The translations under genes and the position numbers were made by a program. From Acidimicrobiia bacterium (GTDB lineage Bacteria > Actinomycetota > Acidimicrobiia > Spongiisociales > UBA5794), in NCBI GenBank assembly GCA_036985855.1, contig BTQL01000003.1, forward strand, positions 18,967-82,966: a stretch of DNA of 64,000 bases, in the 5' to 3' direction. Each line of letters begins with the position of its first letter. Positions within the stretch are counted from its first letter, which is position 1. Of this stretch, positions 27,388-36,482 are shown in pieces. The notes beneath the pieces are model-generated. The model made no database searches. It was not told the DNA's origin and worked only from the letters and a program-made list of their open reading frames with translations.

Positions 27388-27903
27388 ATGCACTATGGAA
27401 GGATCACTACGGTCGTCGGTTCGGTTCTGGCGATCATCGGACTGGGCCTGAAGTCCGCGAGCTCGGGGGGAGAAGACATCCTGCCCGCACTGAGTCAGCA
27501 GAACCCGGCGTTCCCGGACGGGTTCGATCGTATCTTTACGGCGATCTGGAACGACAACCTGGCTGGAACACTGATTTTCTTGATTGCACTCGTGGCCGTG
27601 CTTGGCCTGTCACTCATTCCGGACATCAAGGTCGCACTTTCGAGGATGAACGCACTCGTAATCACAGTGCTCGGCGTGCTCATGATGGTCATCGGCGGAA
27701 TCGCTGCGAGTGGCGCACTCGACGATGCAGACACGCTTCAAGCTGGTTTCGCCCAGGCATTTGCCGGTGCGTTGATCCCTGAGGCATACACCGTGTCGAT
27801 CAGCGTTGGCTGGTACTTGCTTGCGCTCAGTGGCGTACTTGCTGCCATCGGTGGTGTTCTGCAGCTAATCGTGAGGCCCGACGAGGACGCACTCACGGCG
27901 TAG
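27388..27903 (+). CDS. Hypothetical 4-TM membrane protein
   Basis: SD AAGGA; four hydrophobic segments; C-terminal VGWYL. Confidence 0.75.
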   Translation: MHYGRITTVVGSVLAIIGLGLKSASSGGEDILPALSQQNPAFPDGFDRIFTAIWNDNLAGTLIFLIALVAVLGLSLIPDIKVALSRMNALVITVLGVLMMVIGGIAASGALDDADTLQAGFAQAFAGALIPEAYTVSISVGWYLLALSGVLAAIGGVLQLIVRPDEDALTA

Positions 27904-27977
27904 AGGACGTCAGAATTCGGACTTAGGCGCTCTGAGGAGTTGGCCTCTTCGTCGACACCGGCTATCTGAAACCGGTT

Positions 27978-28412
27978 CTACATTGGATGTTCGACACGGA
28001 AGACGGGGTGCTGATCGGTGACCCTGGTGAAGTCGACGATGGTTGGGTGCGCGGCCAGTTCGAAGTAGTCGGCTACGTACTTGGTGTTCTCGTTGTAGTA
28101 CCTGGCGAGTGCCTTGCCGGCTTCTTCGCCATCGACCTCGATTGCCCTGACTCGACTGGTCGCGGCTCCTCGCGCAAGAGTCGCCCGGTCGGATGCTCGC
28201 AGATTGAGCACCCAGCTCACCGATCCATAGGGTGCAACCAGGTATTCGATGCCGTCGACGGTCACCGGGGTGACCATCACGTGGCGGCGCTCTCCCGACT
28301 TTCGACCGGTTGTCGTGAGCTGCCACGCGGGCCCTTTGCCGCGTTTGGCCATGAACGCGACGAATCGGTTGGTCATCCTTCGTGATCTTGTGAGTTCATA
28401 CTGCTTGGACAT
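27978..28412 (-). CDS. Deazaflavin (F420)-dependent nitroreductase family protein
   Basis: LTTTGRKSG, YLVAPYG...WV.NLRA, HPVFR. Confidence 0.88.
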   Translation of the reverse strand: MSKQYELTRSRRMTNRFVAFMAKRGKGPAWQLTTTGRKSGERRHVMVTPVTVDGIEYLVAPYGSVSWVLNLRASDRATLARGAATSRVRAIEVDGEEAGKALARYYNENTKYVADYFELAAHPTIVDFTRVTDQHPVFRVEHPM

Positions 28413-28443
28413 GGAAACGACCCTACACCGACAACAGGCCCAG

Positions 28444-30411
28444 TTACCAGATGTCTGCGCGCTCGATGATCGGCCGCATTGCCGGTGAGCTCTCTGTGAT
28501 GTCGAAGGCATCAGCGAATGACGCCAGGTTGCTGAGCGGCCCGTTGCATCGAAAGTGGTTCGGACTGTGCGGATCCGAGTTCACGAGCAGCCGGAGATAT
28601 TCGTCCGTGTAGTTCTGACGCCAGGTACGCGCATAGGCGAGGTAGAAGCGTTGTTCCGGAGTCAGTCCGGCCACGGGAGGGGCTTCGTCGCCGTCCTGGG
28701 CGGCCACCATGGCCGCGAGGGCTATCTTGAGTCCTCCGAGGTCGGCAATATTCTCTCCGAGCGTCAATTCCCCATTGACATTGAGGCCCTGCTCGACTTC
28801 GTATGCGTCGAACTGTTCGACGACGACCTTGGCGCGTTTCTCGAACTCGGTAGCGTCCGCTTCGGCCCACCAGTCGCGCATCTGGCCGGTTGCGTCGAAT
28901 TTGCTTCCCTGGTCATCGAAACCATGAGTGATCTCGTGCCCGATCACGGATCCGATCGCCCCGTAGTTCACAGCAGCATCGGCATCAGGATCGAAGAACG
29001 GGGGTTGGAGCATCCCGGCGGGGAAGACGATCTCGTTTCGAAGCGGGTGGTAGTAGGCGTTCACGATATGTGGAGCCATGATCCACTCATGGGTGTCCAC
29101 GGGTCGGCCAAGTTTGTCGATCTGGCGGTTGAACTCGAAACGTGACGCTGCGATGCGATTCCCCATCCAGTCCTTCGGAGCAATCTCGAGCCCTGTGTAG
29201 TCGCGCCATACGTCCGGGTACCCGATCTTGTATCCGAATCCTTCGAGTTTCAGCAGAGCCTCTTCCCGTGTTTCTTCGCTCATCCATGAAATCGCCCTGA
29301 GCCGTTCAGCCATCGCCACGATGAGGTAGTCGACGAGCTCCTCCATCGAGCGTTTCGACTCCGGAGTGAAGTTGTCGGCCACGTACAGCTGTGAGATCAG
29401 CTGGCCGATGTCGCCAGATCCAGCAGCGAGCACGCGTTTCCAACGATCCTTCTGCTGCTGCTGCCCTCCCAGCGTTTTTCCGTAGAACTCGAATGCTTCC
29501 TTCTCGAGCGCATCGGGTAGCGAGGACGCAGTTGCACGGAGCAGATGCCAGGTGAAGTACGCTTTCCACTCGGTGAGCGACATGGTCTCGAGCAGCGCGT
29601 CGAGCGTTGGATAGAGAGCAACATTGTCGATGTTGACCGCTGACTCCTTCCCTGCGCCTATGCCGCTGATATAGGCAGCCAGATCGAACTGTGGCATCGA
29701 CTCCTTGGCAGCGTCGATGCGCTGCTTGTTGGTGATCAAGTCCACGTCGCGCATCTGAACGTTGGTGTATGAGGCTTCTGCGATCGCGGTTTCGATCGTG
29801 AGGATCGAGTTCACGAAGCCGGTGTCCCCACCCAGTTCGGCAAGCGAGAACATACGACCGATGTGGTCCCGGTAGGCGGTTACGAGAGCCTTGGACTGGT
29901 CATCGTCCCTGAGGTAGTAGTCGCGGTCTGGAAGACCAAGACCGCCCTGATCCAGGTAAAGGAGGTTCGCCATTGGTTCTTCGAAATCGGGGAGGACGCT
30001 CACGCTGAAGAGGACTCCGATGCCGATCTGATGGAACTCGACAACGAGCTCCCTGATGTCATCGATGGTTGAGATGCTGTCGACGCGGTCGAGCCATGGC
30101 TGGATGGGAGAGAGTGCCAGACCTTCGATGGTGTCGGTATCCATACCGGAGCGGTAGTAGTCGCCAACCATCTGGTCGACCGAGCCCGATTCCGCAACCA
30201 CCCCTGCAGCGTTCTTCAGGAGGTCATGGAGTATTGCTTCGTTGCGAACGTGTACCTCATGCGCCGAGCCCCAGGCCCCGTATTCGGGCGGTACAGGATT
30301 TGTGTCGAGCCAGCCACCGTTGGCGAACCGATAGAAATCGTCGGCAGGCGAGACGGACGGGTCGGAGTCCGCAGCATCGAATACAGGATCATCGGATGAG
30401 ATCTGGATCAC
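28444..30411 (-). CDS. M13 zinc metallopeptidase (PepO/Zmp1-like)
   Basis: DDFYRFANG.W, LGLPDRDYY, KIGYP, VNAYY, GHEITHGFD, GENIAD, DPHSP. Confidence 0.95.
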   Translation of the reverse strand: MIQISSDDPVFDAADSDPSVSPADDFYRFANGGWLDTNPVPPEYGAWGSAHEVHVRNEAILHDLLKNAAGVVAESGSVDQMVGDYYRSGMDTDTIEGLALSPIQPWLDRVDSISTIDDIRELVVEFHQIGIGVLFSVSVLPDFEEPMANLLYLDQGGLGLPDRDYYLRDDDQSKALVTAYRDHIGRMFSLAELGGDTGFVNSILTIETAIAEASYTNVQMRDVDLITNKQRIDAAKESMPQFDLAAYISGIGAGKESAVNIDNVALYPTLDALLETMSLTEWKAYFTWHLLRATASSLPDALEKEAFEFYGKTLGGQQQQKDRWKRVLAAGSGDIGQLISQLYVADNFTPESKRSMEELVDYLIVAMAERLRAISWMSEETREEALLKLEGFGYKIGYPDVWRDYTGLEIAPKDWMGNRIAASRFEFNRQIDKLGRPVDTHEWIMAPHIVNAYYHPLRNEIVFPAGMLQPPFFDPDADAAVNYGAIGSVIGHEITHGFDDQGSKFDATGQMRDWWAEADATEFEKRAKVVVEQFDAYEVEQGLNVNGELTLGENIADLGGLKIALAAMVAAQDGDEAPPVAGLTPEQRFYLAYARTWRQNYTDEYLRLLVNSDPHSPNHFRCNGPLSNLASFADAFDITESSPAMRPIIERADIW

Positions 30412-30506
30412 TGGTTGCTCCCGGTGTTCGTCTTCCTTGGAAGCAATGAGGGTACAGACGAGCCGCGCTCCTACCTGACGCTCCTACCCGAAACCTGACA
30501 CCTGTT

Positions 30507-32360
30507 TCACCAGGCGCCGCCACCGCCACCGCCGCCACCGCCACCGCCACCTCCGGAGAACCCGCCACCGCCACCGCTCGATGAAGGGGGGCTAAAGGCG
30601 CCCGAAAGCGCTGACTCGAGACCTGCGAAGGCGTTCTCTGTGTGTCCACCCGAGTAGCCATAATTCCCGAACCAGTAGATCGACGAGGTGTCGGCGAGCT
30701 CGGGGGGTGCGTGGAGTCTCGCCTGTTCGAGGACCTCCTGTGCAACACCGAATGTGATCGCATAGATGAGAAAGCGATCCCAGAGTTCAAGGCTGATCAC
30801 CGGTGCGTCCGCGAGACGTGAGAAGTCGGAGAGGTAACGCTTGAAAGCTCCCCAACGCGCAGCCTCCAATGCGCCTTCCCTGGTTCGTTTGACTCGCACC
30901 CGTCGGAAGCTCACAACTACAACCAGGATGACCGCGCCGATCAGCATTCCCACGGCGATCAGGATTGCCATGGCGGCACCTCCAGGTCGGCCGCCGAGTA
31001 ATCCCGGCAATACAAAAAACGACCCGCCCACGAGGACAAAGGCCAAGACCACGGTCAATCCGGACGCGAGGTTTCCGCGGGTGTCGAGCAGGTTTCCTCG
31101 TTTGATCGAATCAAGCACACGATCACGGAAACTCTGATAGGTCTTGGCGTTTGAAGCCGCATCATCTCGGATGTCTGAACGGAATTGGTGGAGGGGACGA
31201 GGACCGTCGTCAAGGACGCGTTTCACCACCGTCAGCACGGATTGCTCATAGTCCCTGAATCCGGTTGTCTTGTTCGTGAGGTCCAGCTCGAGGTCCGATA
31301 TCGTCTCCTGCCGCAGCCCGCCCCAGGTGGAGCGTTCCGTTTGGATCGGGGTGGCGGTTATCGCACCTTGCCTGATCAGGTCGAACAACGTGGCGGTGAA
31401 TTCCTTCTCAGACACCTTGCCCTGGGAGAGCAGCGCTCCAACTTCAGCCGGGGGAAGGTCTGTAGGCGGGGCATGCTCGTAGTCGAGGTCGTAGTTGGCC
31501 TTTGGTTCTTTGCCGTACCGAATGTATGTGATGAGGCCGAGGCCAACCGCAAGCGCGATCGCAGCGAGAATTCCGATGATGAAACCCGTGCGAGCAGCTT
31601 CATTGGCTGCTTCGTTCTGGACTGCGAAAAGTGTCTCCTCATCGAGAATCCTTTGCAGGCCTTTGCCGTTGACCAACCGTGCGCCAGAGGTGGACTCGAC
31701 CATTGTTGTTGGAAACGCTGTTCTCAGCTCTACCCAGCTTTCGGAAGGGATATCCGTTGCAACGAGCGCTGGCGATACCCCGTCGTCGCCAAGGGATGTA
31801 GATCCCTCGATGCCATAGGGATGCCCCCAGACGTATACGTCGCCGGCTTGTGGCTCACCCGGTATGTGGATTCTTGCCGATACCTTGTCTGCGCCTACCG
31901 GCCATTGATCTCCCCAGACCTGGAGGTTCACATCGATCACGTCGTCATATGCCGTCGCGACCCCATCCATCGTGTAGCGGATGGTGAACTCGCGGTTTTC
32001 GTCGGTAGCGTCATAGTGCCAGACAATTCGCGTGTATCCGGGAATCGATGTGACACCGAAGGAACCTGCCGGGGAGAAGCAGCCGAGATCGACACAACCG
32101 CCCGGCTGGTATGTTCCGCTCGAATCTGTGACGGTGATACTGGAGATCGACTCCCCCGGTCGGAGCCGGATGTCTCGATAGGCACCTGAGAACGGTCCCG
32201 AAAAGGCATAGTTCAGTCGTTCGGTCACCGACAGAGAGGCGTCGTCGTTTACGACGACGTCAACGTCGGCTGAGTCGATCCAGAAGGACTTCGCATCCGC
32301 CGGATTCGCAAGGACTCCAACAAGAAGTAGTCCAAGAAGGGGAAGAGCTGCCCGTCGCAT
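30507..32360 (-). CDS. DUF2207 family membrane protein
   Basis: Signal peptide, L.VTE...Y.F, three TMs, W.AFKRYL, LIYAITFGV, Gly-rich tail ending GGGAW. Confidence 0.9.
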   Translation of the reverse strand: MRRAALPLLGLLLVGVLANPADAKSFWIDSADVDVVVNDDASLSVTERLNYAFSGPFSGAYRDIRLRPGESISSITVTDSSGTYQPGGCVDLGCFSPAGSFGVTSIPGYTRIVWHYDATDENREFTIRYTMDGVATAYDDVIDVNLQVWGDQWPVGADKVSARIHIPGEPQAGDVYVWGHPYGIEGSTSLGDDGVSPALVATDIPSESWVELRTAFPTTMVESTSGARLVNGKGLQRILDEETLFAVQNEAANEAARTGFIIGILAAIALAVGLGLITYIRYGKEPKANYDLDYEHAPPTDLPPAEVGALLSQGKVSEKEFTATLFDLIRQGAITATPIQTERSTWGGLRQETISDLELDLTNKTTGFRDYEQSVLTVVKRVLDDGPRPLHQFRSDIRDDAASNAKTYQSFRDRVLDSIKRGNLLDTRGNLASGLTVVLAFVLVGGSFFVLPGLLGGRPGGAAMAILIAVGMLIGAVILVVVVSFRRVRVKRTREGALEAARWGAFKRYLSDFSRLADAPVISLELWDRFLIYAITFGVAQEVLEQARLHAPPELADTSSIYWFGNYGYSGGHTENAFAGLESALSGAFSPPSSSGGGGGFSGGGGGGGGGGGGGAW

Positions 32361-32363
32361 TGG

Positions 32364-32912
32364 TCAGAACTCGACCGTCGGTGCCTCTTGTGCATCTGGG
32401 TTTGCGTCGTAGAACTCGCGAGCATCGAACCCTGCAATTGCAGCGACCATGTTTGTCGGAATCTGTTGCACGGTGTTGTTGTAGCTCAGGACCGTGTCGT
32501 TGTAGATCTGACGAGAAATGGCGATCTTGTCTTCGGTGTCCGAGAGTTCGCCCTGGAGGTTCTGGAAGTTCTCCGATGCCCGGAGTTCGGGGTAGTCCTC
32601 GGCAACGGCGAAGAGCTGTCGCAACGCTGAGGTCAGGAAGTTGTCTGCCTGGGCCTGCTCCGCCGGGGTGCTCGCGGAGTTGCTGGCCCCACGCGCCTCG
32701 GTTACGCGTTCGAAGGTCTCGCGCTCATGGCTCGCGTACCCCTTGACCGTTTCCACGAGATTCGGGATCAGGTCCAAACGTCGTTGGAGCTGAACGTCAA
32801 CGTGGCTCCACGCCGTGTCGACCCGGTTCCTCCGCTTGATCAGTTTGTTGTAGGCCTGAACGAGCAACAACCCGACGACGAAGACGACGATGATCGCGAT
32901 TATCCATCCCAT
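32364..32912 (-). CDS. lemA: LemA family protein
   Basis: YN.L..RN.V..AWS.VDVQLQRR.DLIPNLVETVKGY, YPELRA.ENF, RQ.YND.V. Confidence 0.96.
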   Translation of the reverse strand: MGWIIAIIVVFVVGLLLVQAYNKLIKRRNRVDTAWSHVDVQLQRRLDLIPNLVETVKGYASHERETFERVTEARGASNSASTPAEQAQADNFLTSALRQLFAVAEDYPELRASENFQNLQGELSDTEDKIAISRQIYNDTVLSYNNTVQQIPTNMVAAIAGFDAREFYDANPDAQEAPTVEF

Positions 32913-33240
32913 GGGGGGAGTGTAGACCAAGCGCCAAGCCCCCAACGGATTGTCGCGAGCATCGTTGGTCGTGTCGGCCAGAGGGATCCGCTATGGCATT
33001 GCGGGGTAGAAATGCAAGTAGCACGATGAGTGTTGTGACCGCTGCGGCGATCATCGCGACCCACATGTTCTGGAATACCTGAAGGCGGATCTCGAGTCCG
33101 GCTCGACCGATACGTAAGTCTGTAGTCGTCTCGGTTGTTCGGGACGCTCCATAGTGGTCTGGTCCCACACCGTCGGTGTCGCGCTGGAGACATTCGAGCG
33201 CGCGATGTACTGTCCATCACGGTGTCGATAGGCTGAGGGT

Positions 33241-34998
33241 ATGAACGTAGCTCAGACGCGCGGTAACAGCAGGAACCTCACGAGTTTCAGCCCCGTCACG
33301 GATCACAACACCGGAGTGCGATATCTGCCCGTCGCGAAACGAGGTGATGCCCTCCTGAGCGACGGATTCCTGAACAAGGGAGACGCGTTCTCCCGTGACG
33401 AGCGATCGATGTTCGGCCTGTCGGGGATGCTGCCCGATCACGTTGCCTCGATCGAGGAGCAATTGCTTCGGGTCCGCGTGCAGTACGACTCAAAGGTCAG
33501 AGATATCGACAAGAACGTGTATCTGAACGCGCTCATGGACCGAAACGAGACGCTGTTCTGTCGATTCGTCCTCGAGAATCTCGAAGAAGTCGTGCCGGTG
33601 ATCTACACACCTGTCGTGGCGCGGACGTGCTCACACTGGAGCAGGATCTATCGGACCGCCCGTGGTCTCTACATCACGCCGCGAGACCGAGGTCGAATCG
33701 CCGACCTTCTCCAGGCGCGCCCTGTCGAGCAGCCACCTGTGATCGTTGCCACGGACAACGAGCGCATACTTGGAATCGGCGATCAGGGTGCTGGAGGAAT
33801 GGGAATCCCGATCGGGAAGCTCGCCCTCTACACCGCCGCGGCCGGCATCCATCCAGCGAGGTGCATTCCCATTTCGATCGATGTCGGCACGAATAACAGC
33901 GAGTTACTCGACGACCCCCTCTATGTCGGCTACCGCCAGCCTCGATTGAGAGGCGAGGAGTACGACGAATTGATCGACGAGTTCGTTGACGCTGTCCGCA
34001 TGGTGTTCCCTGGTGCCCTGCTTCAGTGGGAGGACTTTGCGAACCGCACGAGCTTCAAGAACCTCGATCGTCATCGGAAACGGATCACGTCGTTCAACGA
34101 CGACATCCAGGGCACCGCGGCCATGGTCGTCGGCGGCCTCATCGCTGCGACGAACTCGATCGAAACGCCTTTCAACGACCACAAGGTTGTCATCGCCGGT
34201 GCTGGCTCCGCCGGCCACGGGATCCGTGGACAGATCGCCAGGGCGATGGAGGCGGCCGGCGCCGACATCGAAAAGGCGACTCACCAGATTTTCGTGCTTG
34301 ACAGTCGGGGATTGGTCACATCGGATCGGCGCATACTGTCCGCTATCAAGGCGGACCTTGCGACCTCAGCAGATGTAGTGGCGGAGTGGGATGGAACCGA
34401 GAACCCACGCTCACTGCTTGATGTGGTGTCCCATGTTCAACCGAGTGTGCTCATCGGCGTGAGCGGTACCGCAGGACTGTTCACCGAAGAAGTGATCACC
34501 ACGATGGGCAAGCATTGCGAACGCCCGATCATTCTGCCTCTCTCCAACCCGACGAGTCATACCGAGGTGACGCCATCCCACGCGATTCAATGGACGGAAG
34601 GCCGTGCGATCGTCGCGACCGGTTCGCCGTTTGCGCCCGTCGATTACCACGGAGAGGTCCACCGTGTTGGCCAAGGAAACAACGTCTTCATTTTCCCCGG
34701 CATGGGTCTCGGTGTGATAACAGTCAGGGCTCGAGAGGTCACCGACGGAATGTTCCTTGCGGCGGCCCATGCCCTTGCAGACAAGACCGGACCCGAGTTG
34801 GTTGCTCAGGGTCAGATCTATCCGAATATCGCAGATGTTCGCGACGTGTCGCGTGCCGTGGCGATCGCTGTTGGCGCAAAGGCCATTGAAGAAGGCGTGG
34901 CCGACCCTGTGGACGATCTCGAGTCGATGATCGACGCTGAGATGTGGACAGCCGAGTACCTGCCGTATCGCCAGATCGGGAAGGGACTGATGACATAG
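33241..34998 (+). CDS. maeA: NAD-dependent malic enzyme
   Basis: LNKG.AF, IYTP.V, ILGIGDQG, QWEDF, FNDDIQGT, GAGSAG, LSNPT, QGNN..IFPG. Confidence 0.95.
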   Translation: MNVAQTRGNSRNLTSFSPVTDHNTGVRYLPVAKRGDALLSDGFLNKGDAFSRDERSMFGLSGMLPDHVASIEEQLLRVRVQYDSKVRDIDKNVYLNALMDRNETLFCRFVLENLEEVVPVIYTPVVARTCSHWSRIYRTARGLYITPRDRGRIADLLQARPVEQPPVIVATDNERILGIGDQGAGGMGIPIGKLALYTAAAGIHPARCIPISIDVGTNNSELLDDPLYVGYRQPRLRGEEYDELIDEFVDAVRMVFPGALLQWEDFANRTSFKNLDRHRKRITSFNDDIQGTAAMVVGGLIAATNSIETPFNDHKVVIAGAGSAGHGIRGQIARAMEAAGADIEKATHQIFVLDSRGLVTSDRRILSAIKADLATSADVVAEWDGTENPRSLLDVVSHVQPSVLIGVSGTAGLFTEEVITTMGKHCERPIILPLSNPTSHTEVTPSHAIQWTEGRAIVATGSPFAPVDYHGEVHRVGQGNNVFIFPGMGLGVITVRAREVTDGMFLAAAHALADKTGPELVAQGQIYPNIADVRDVSRAVAIAVGAKAIEEGVADPVDDLESMIDAEMWTAEYLPYRQIGKGLMT

Positions 34999-35026
34999 TC
35001 AGACCCTCGCTGGGGCTGGTGCACCA

Positions 35027-36172
35027 CTAGATTCCCATCCCTCTTCCGATGATCTCTTTCATGATTTCGGTTGTACCGCCATAGATCGTTTGGACTCTGG
35101 CATCGACATAGGCCCTGGCGATCGGATATTCCATCATGTAGCCGTAGCCGCCGTGCATCTGGACGCCCATGTCGACAACTCTGCAGAGCATCTCGGTCGT
35201 CCACCACTTTGCTTCGGCCGCCTGCTCGATCGAAAGGTTGCCTTCGATGTGCTCCTGGAGAAGTCGGTCGACGAAAACGCGACCGATGTCAACCTCGGTC
35301 TTTGCCTCTGCCAGCCGGAATCGGTTGTGTTGGAAGCGCCCGATGGGGCGACCGAACGCCTCGCGCTCCTTTGCGTAGTCCAAGGTCAGACGGAGAGCTG
35401 CCTCTGCGCCTGCGACTGCGCCTATCGCGATCGACAGCCTTTCTTGGGGGAGGTTGGCCACGAGCTGGGAGAACCCCATGCCCTCCTCGCCCAGCCGATT
35501 GGCAACCGGAACCGCTACGTCGTTGAAGAACAGTTCTGCGGTGTCCTGGGCGTGGAGGCCCATCTTTTCGAGGTTTCGGCCGCGCTCGAACCCATTCATA
35601 CCGTCTTGAACCACGAGCAACGTCAAGCCGGCGTGTGGATCATCGGAGGTGCGAGCGACGATGATCACGAGGTCAGCGTTGATGCCGCTCGATATGAATG
35701 TCTTCGAGCCATTGAGGACGTATGTGTCACCCTCGAGTCTCGCGGTCGTCGCGATGCCTGACAGATCCGACCCTGTTCCTGGTTCTGTCATCGCGATCGC
35801 GGTCATCAGGTCGCCGTTGGCGAGTCCCGGCAACCATCTGTCCTTCTGCTCCTCATCGCAGTAGGTCAGGAAGTAGGGCACACAGATGTCGTTGTGGAGC
35901 GTTATGCACATGCTCGACGATCCCGCTCCGCCGCCTGTGAACACTTCGGTGATCACCGCGTTGTATCGGAAGTCGTCAACCCCTCCGCCGCCGTGCTCTT
36001 CGGGGATGGCCATGCCTAGCAATCCTGCCCGGCCTGCTTTGCGGAACATCTCTTTGTCGACCTTGCCGTCGTGTTCCCACTGGTCGACGTTCGGCAGGAT
36101 CTCCTTCTCCATGAATCGCTTAACCGACTGGCGGAACAGCTCGTGGTCTGGTTCAAAGACTGTGCGTCGCAT
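35027..36172 (-). CDS. Acyl-CoA dehydrogenase (long-chain type)
   Basis: AMTEPGTGSD, GSKTFIS, QDTAELFF, LPQERL, R.AFG..IG.FQ, HGGYGYM.EY, IYGGT.EI. Confidence 0.95.
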   Translation of the reverse strand: MRRTVFEPDHELFRQSVKRFMEKEILPNVDQWEHDGKVDKEMFRKAGRAGLLGMAIPEEHGGGGVDDFRYNAVITEVFTGGGAGSSSMCITLHNDICVPYFLTYCDEEQKDRWLPGLANGDLMTAIAMTEPGTGSDLSGIATTARLEGDTYVLNGSKTFISSGINADLVIIVARTSDDPHAGLTLLVVQDGMNGFERGRNLEKMGLHAQDTAELFFNDVAVPVANRLGEEGMGFSQLVANLPQERLSIAIGAVAGAEAALRLTLDYAKEREAFGRPIGRFQHNRFRLAEAKTEVDIGRVFVDRLLQEHIEGNLSIEQAAEAKWWTTEMLCRVVDMGVQMHGGYGYMMEYPIARAYVDARVQTIYGGTTEIMKEIIGRGMGI

Positions 36173-36229
36173 GGGGCCACGCTAACGCGTGACGGAGCAC
36201 AGAGAAGAGACCGCTCGGTTGAATGGCCA

Positions 36230-36258
36230 TTGACAGGAGGCGACGACGGCGCGAGATT
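36230..36258 (+). promoter_or_regulatory. Sigma70-like promoter with no downstream + strand CDS
   Basis: TTGACA-N17-GAGATT (perfect -35, imperfect -10). Confidence 0.5.
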
Positions 36259-36264
36259 GGAGAT

Positions 36265-36426
36265 ACACAACAGATTTGAGACCGGCCGCCGTGTCGACAG
36301 AGGATCAACACGAAGGCAGATGCCGGAAGCATCTGAAACCCACGTCGGTTAACGGCAGCGATCAGAACGCCGTCACGGTGGGTCGGTTTGCATGAGAGGG
36401 ACCTCGGTGAGGTCCCTCTCTCTCGT
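36265..36426 (+). ncRNA. Candidate structured non-coding RNA (~160 nt)
   Basis: Closing stem AGACCGGCCGCCGTG/CACGGTGGGTCGGTTT, apical CAGATGC-CGGAA-GCATCTG, promoter upstream, terminator downstream. Confidence 0.55.
36394..36426 (+). terminator. Intrinsic terminator
   Basis: GAGAGGGACCTC-GGT-GAGGTCCCTCTC, 12-bp stem followed by TCTCGT. Confidence 0.8.
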
Positions 36427-36482
36427 CCATACCCAGACACGACGACTTTGACCGCAGGAGTGTCCGTGGCCAACCGTCCGAT

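Noticed and set aside
30510-30580. CCGCCA tandem repeat
   Set aside because: It is the coding sequence of the poly-Gly tail typical of DUF2207 proteins.
31185-32189. Long antisense or alternative-frame ORFs (also 36373-37677, 39285-40283, 19185-20075, 48979-49884, 4860-5732)
   Set aside because: They are shadows of well-supported genes, expected in high-GC DNA, and show no recognisable motifs.
36300-36345. GCCGGAAGC loop as SRP (4.5S) RNA
   Set aside because: It lacks the flanking CAGG...AGCAG symmetric loop of SRP domain IV. I also could not match it by eye to glycine, lysine, SAM, FMN or c-di-AMP riboswitch consensus.
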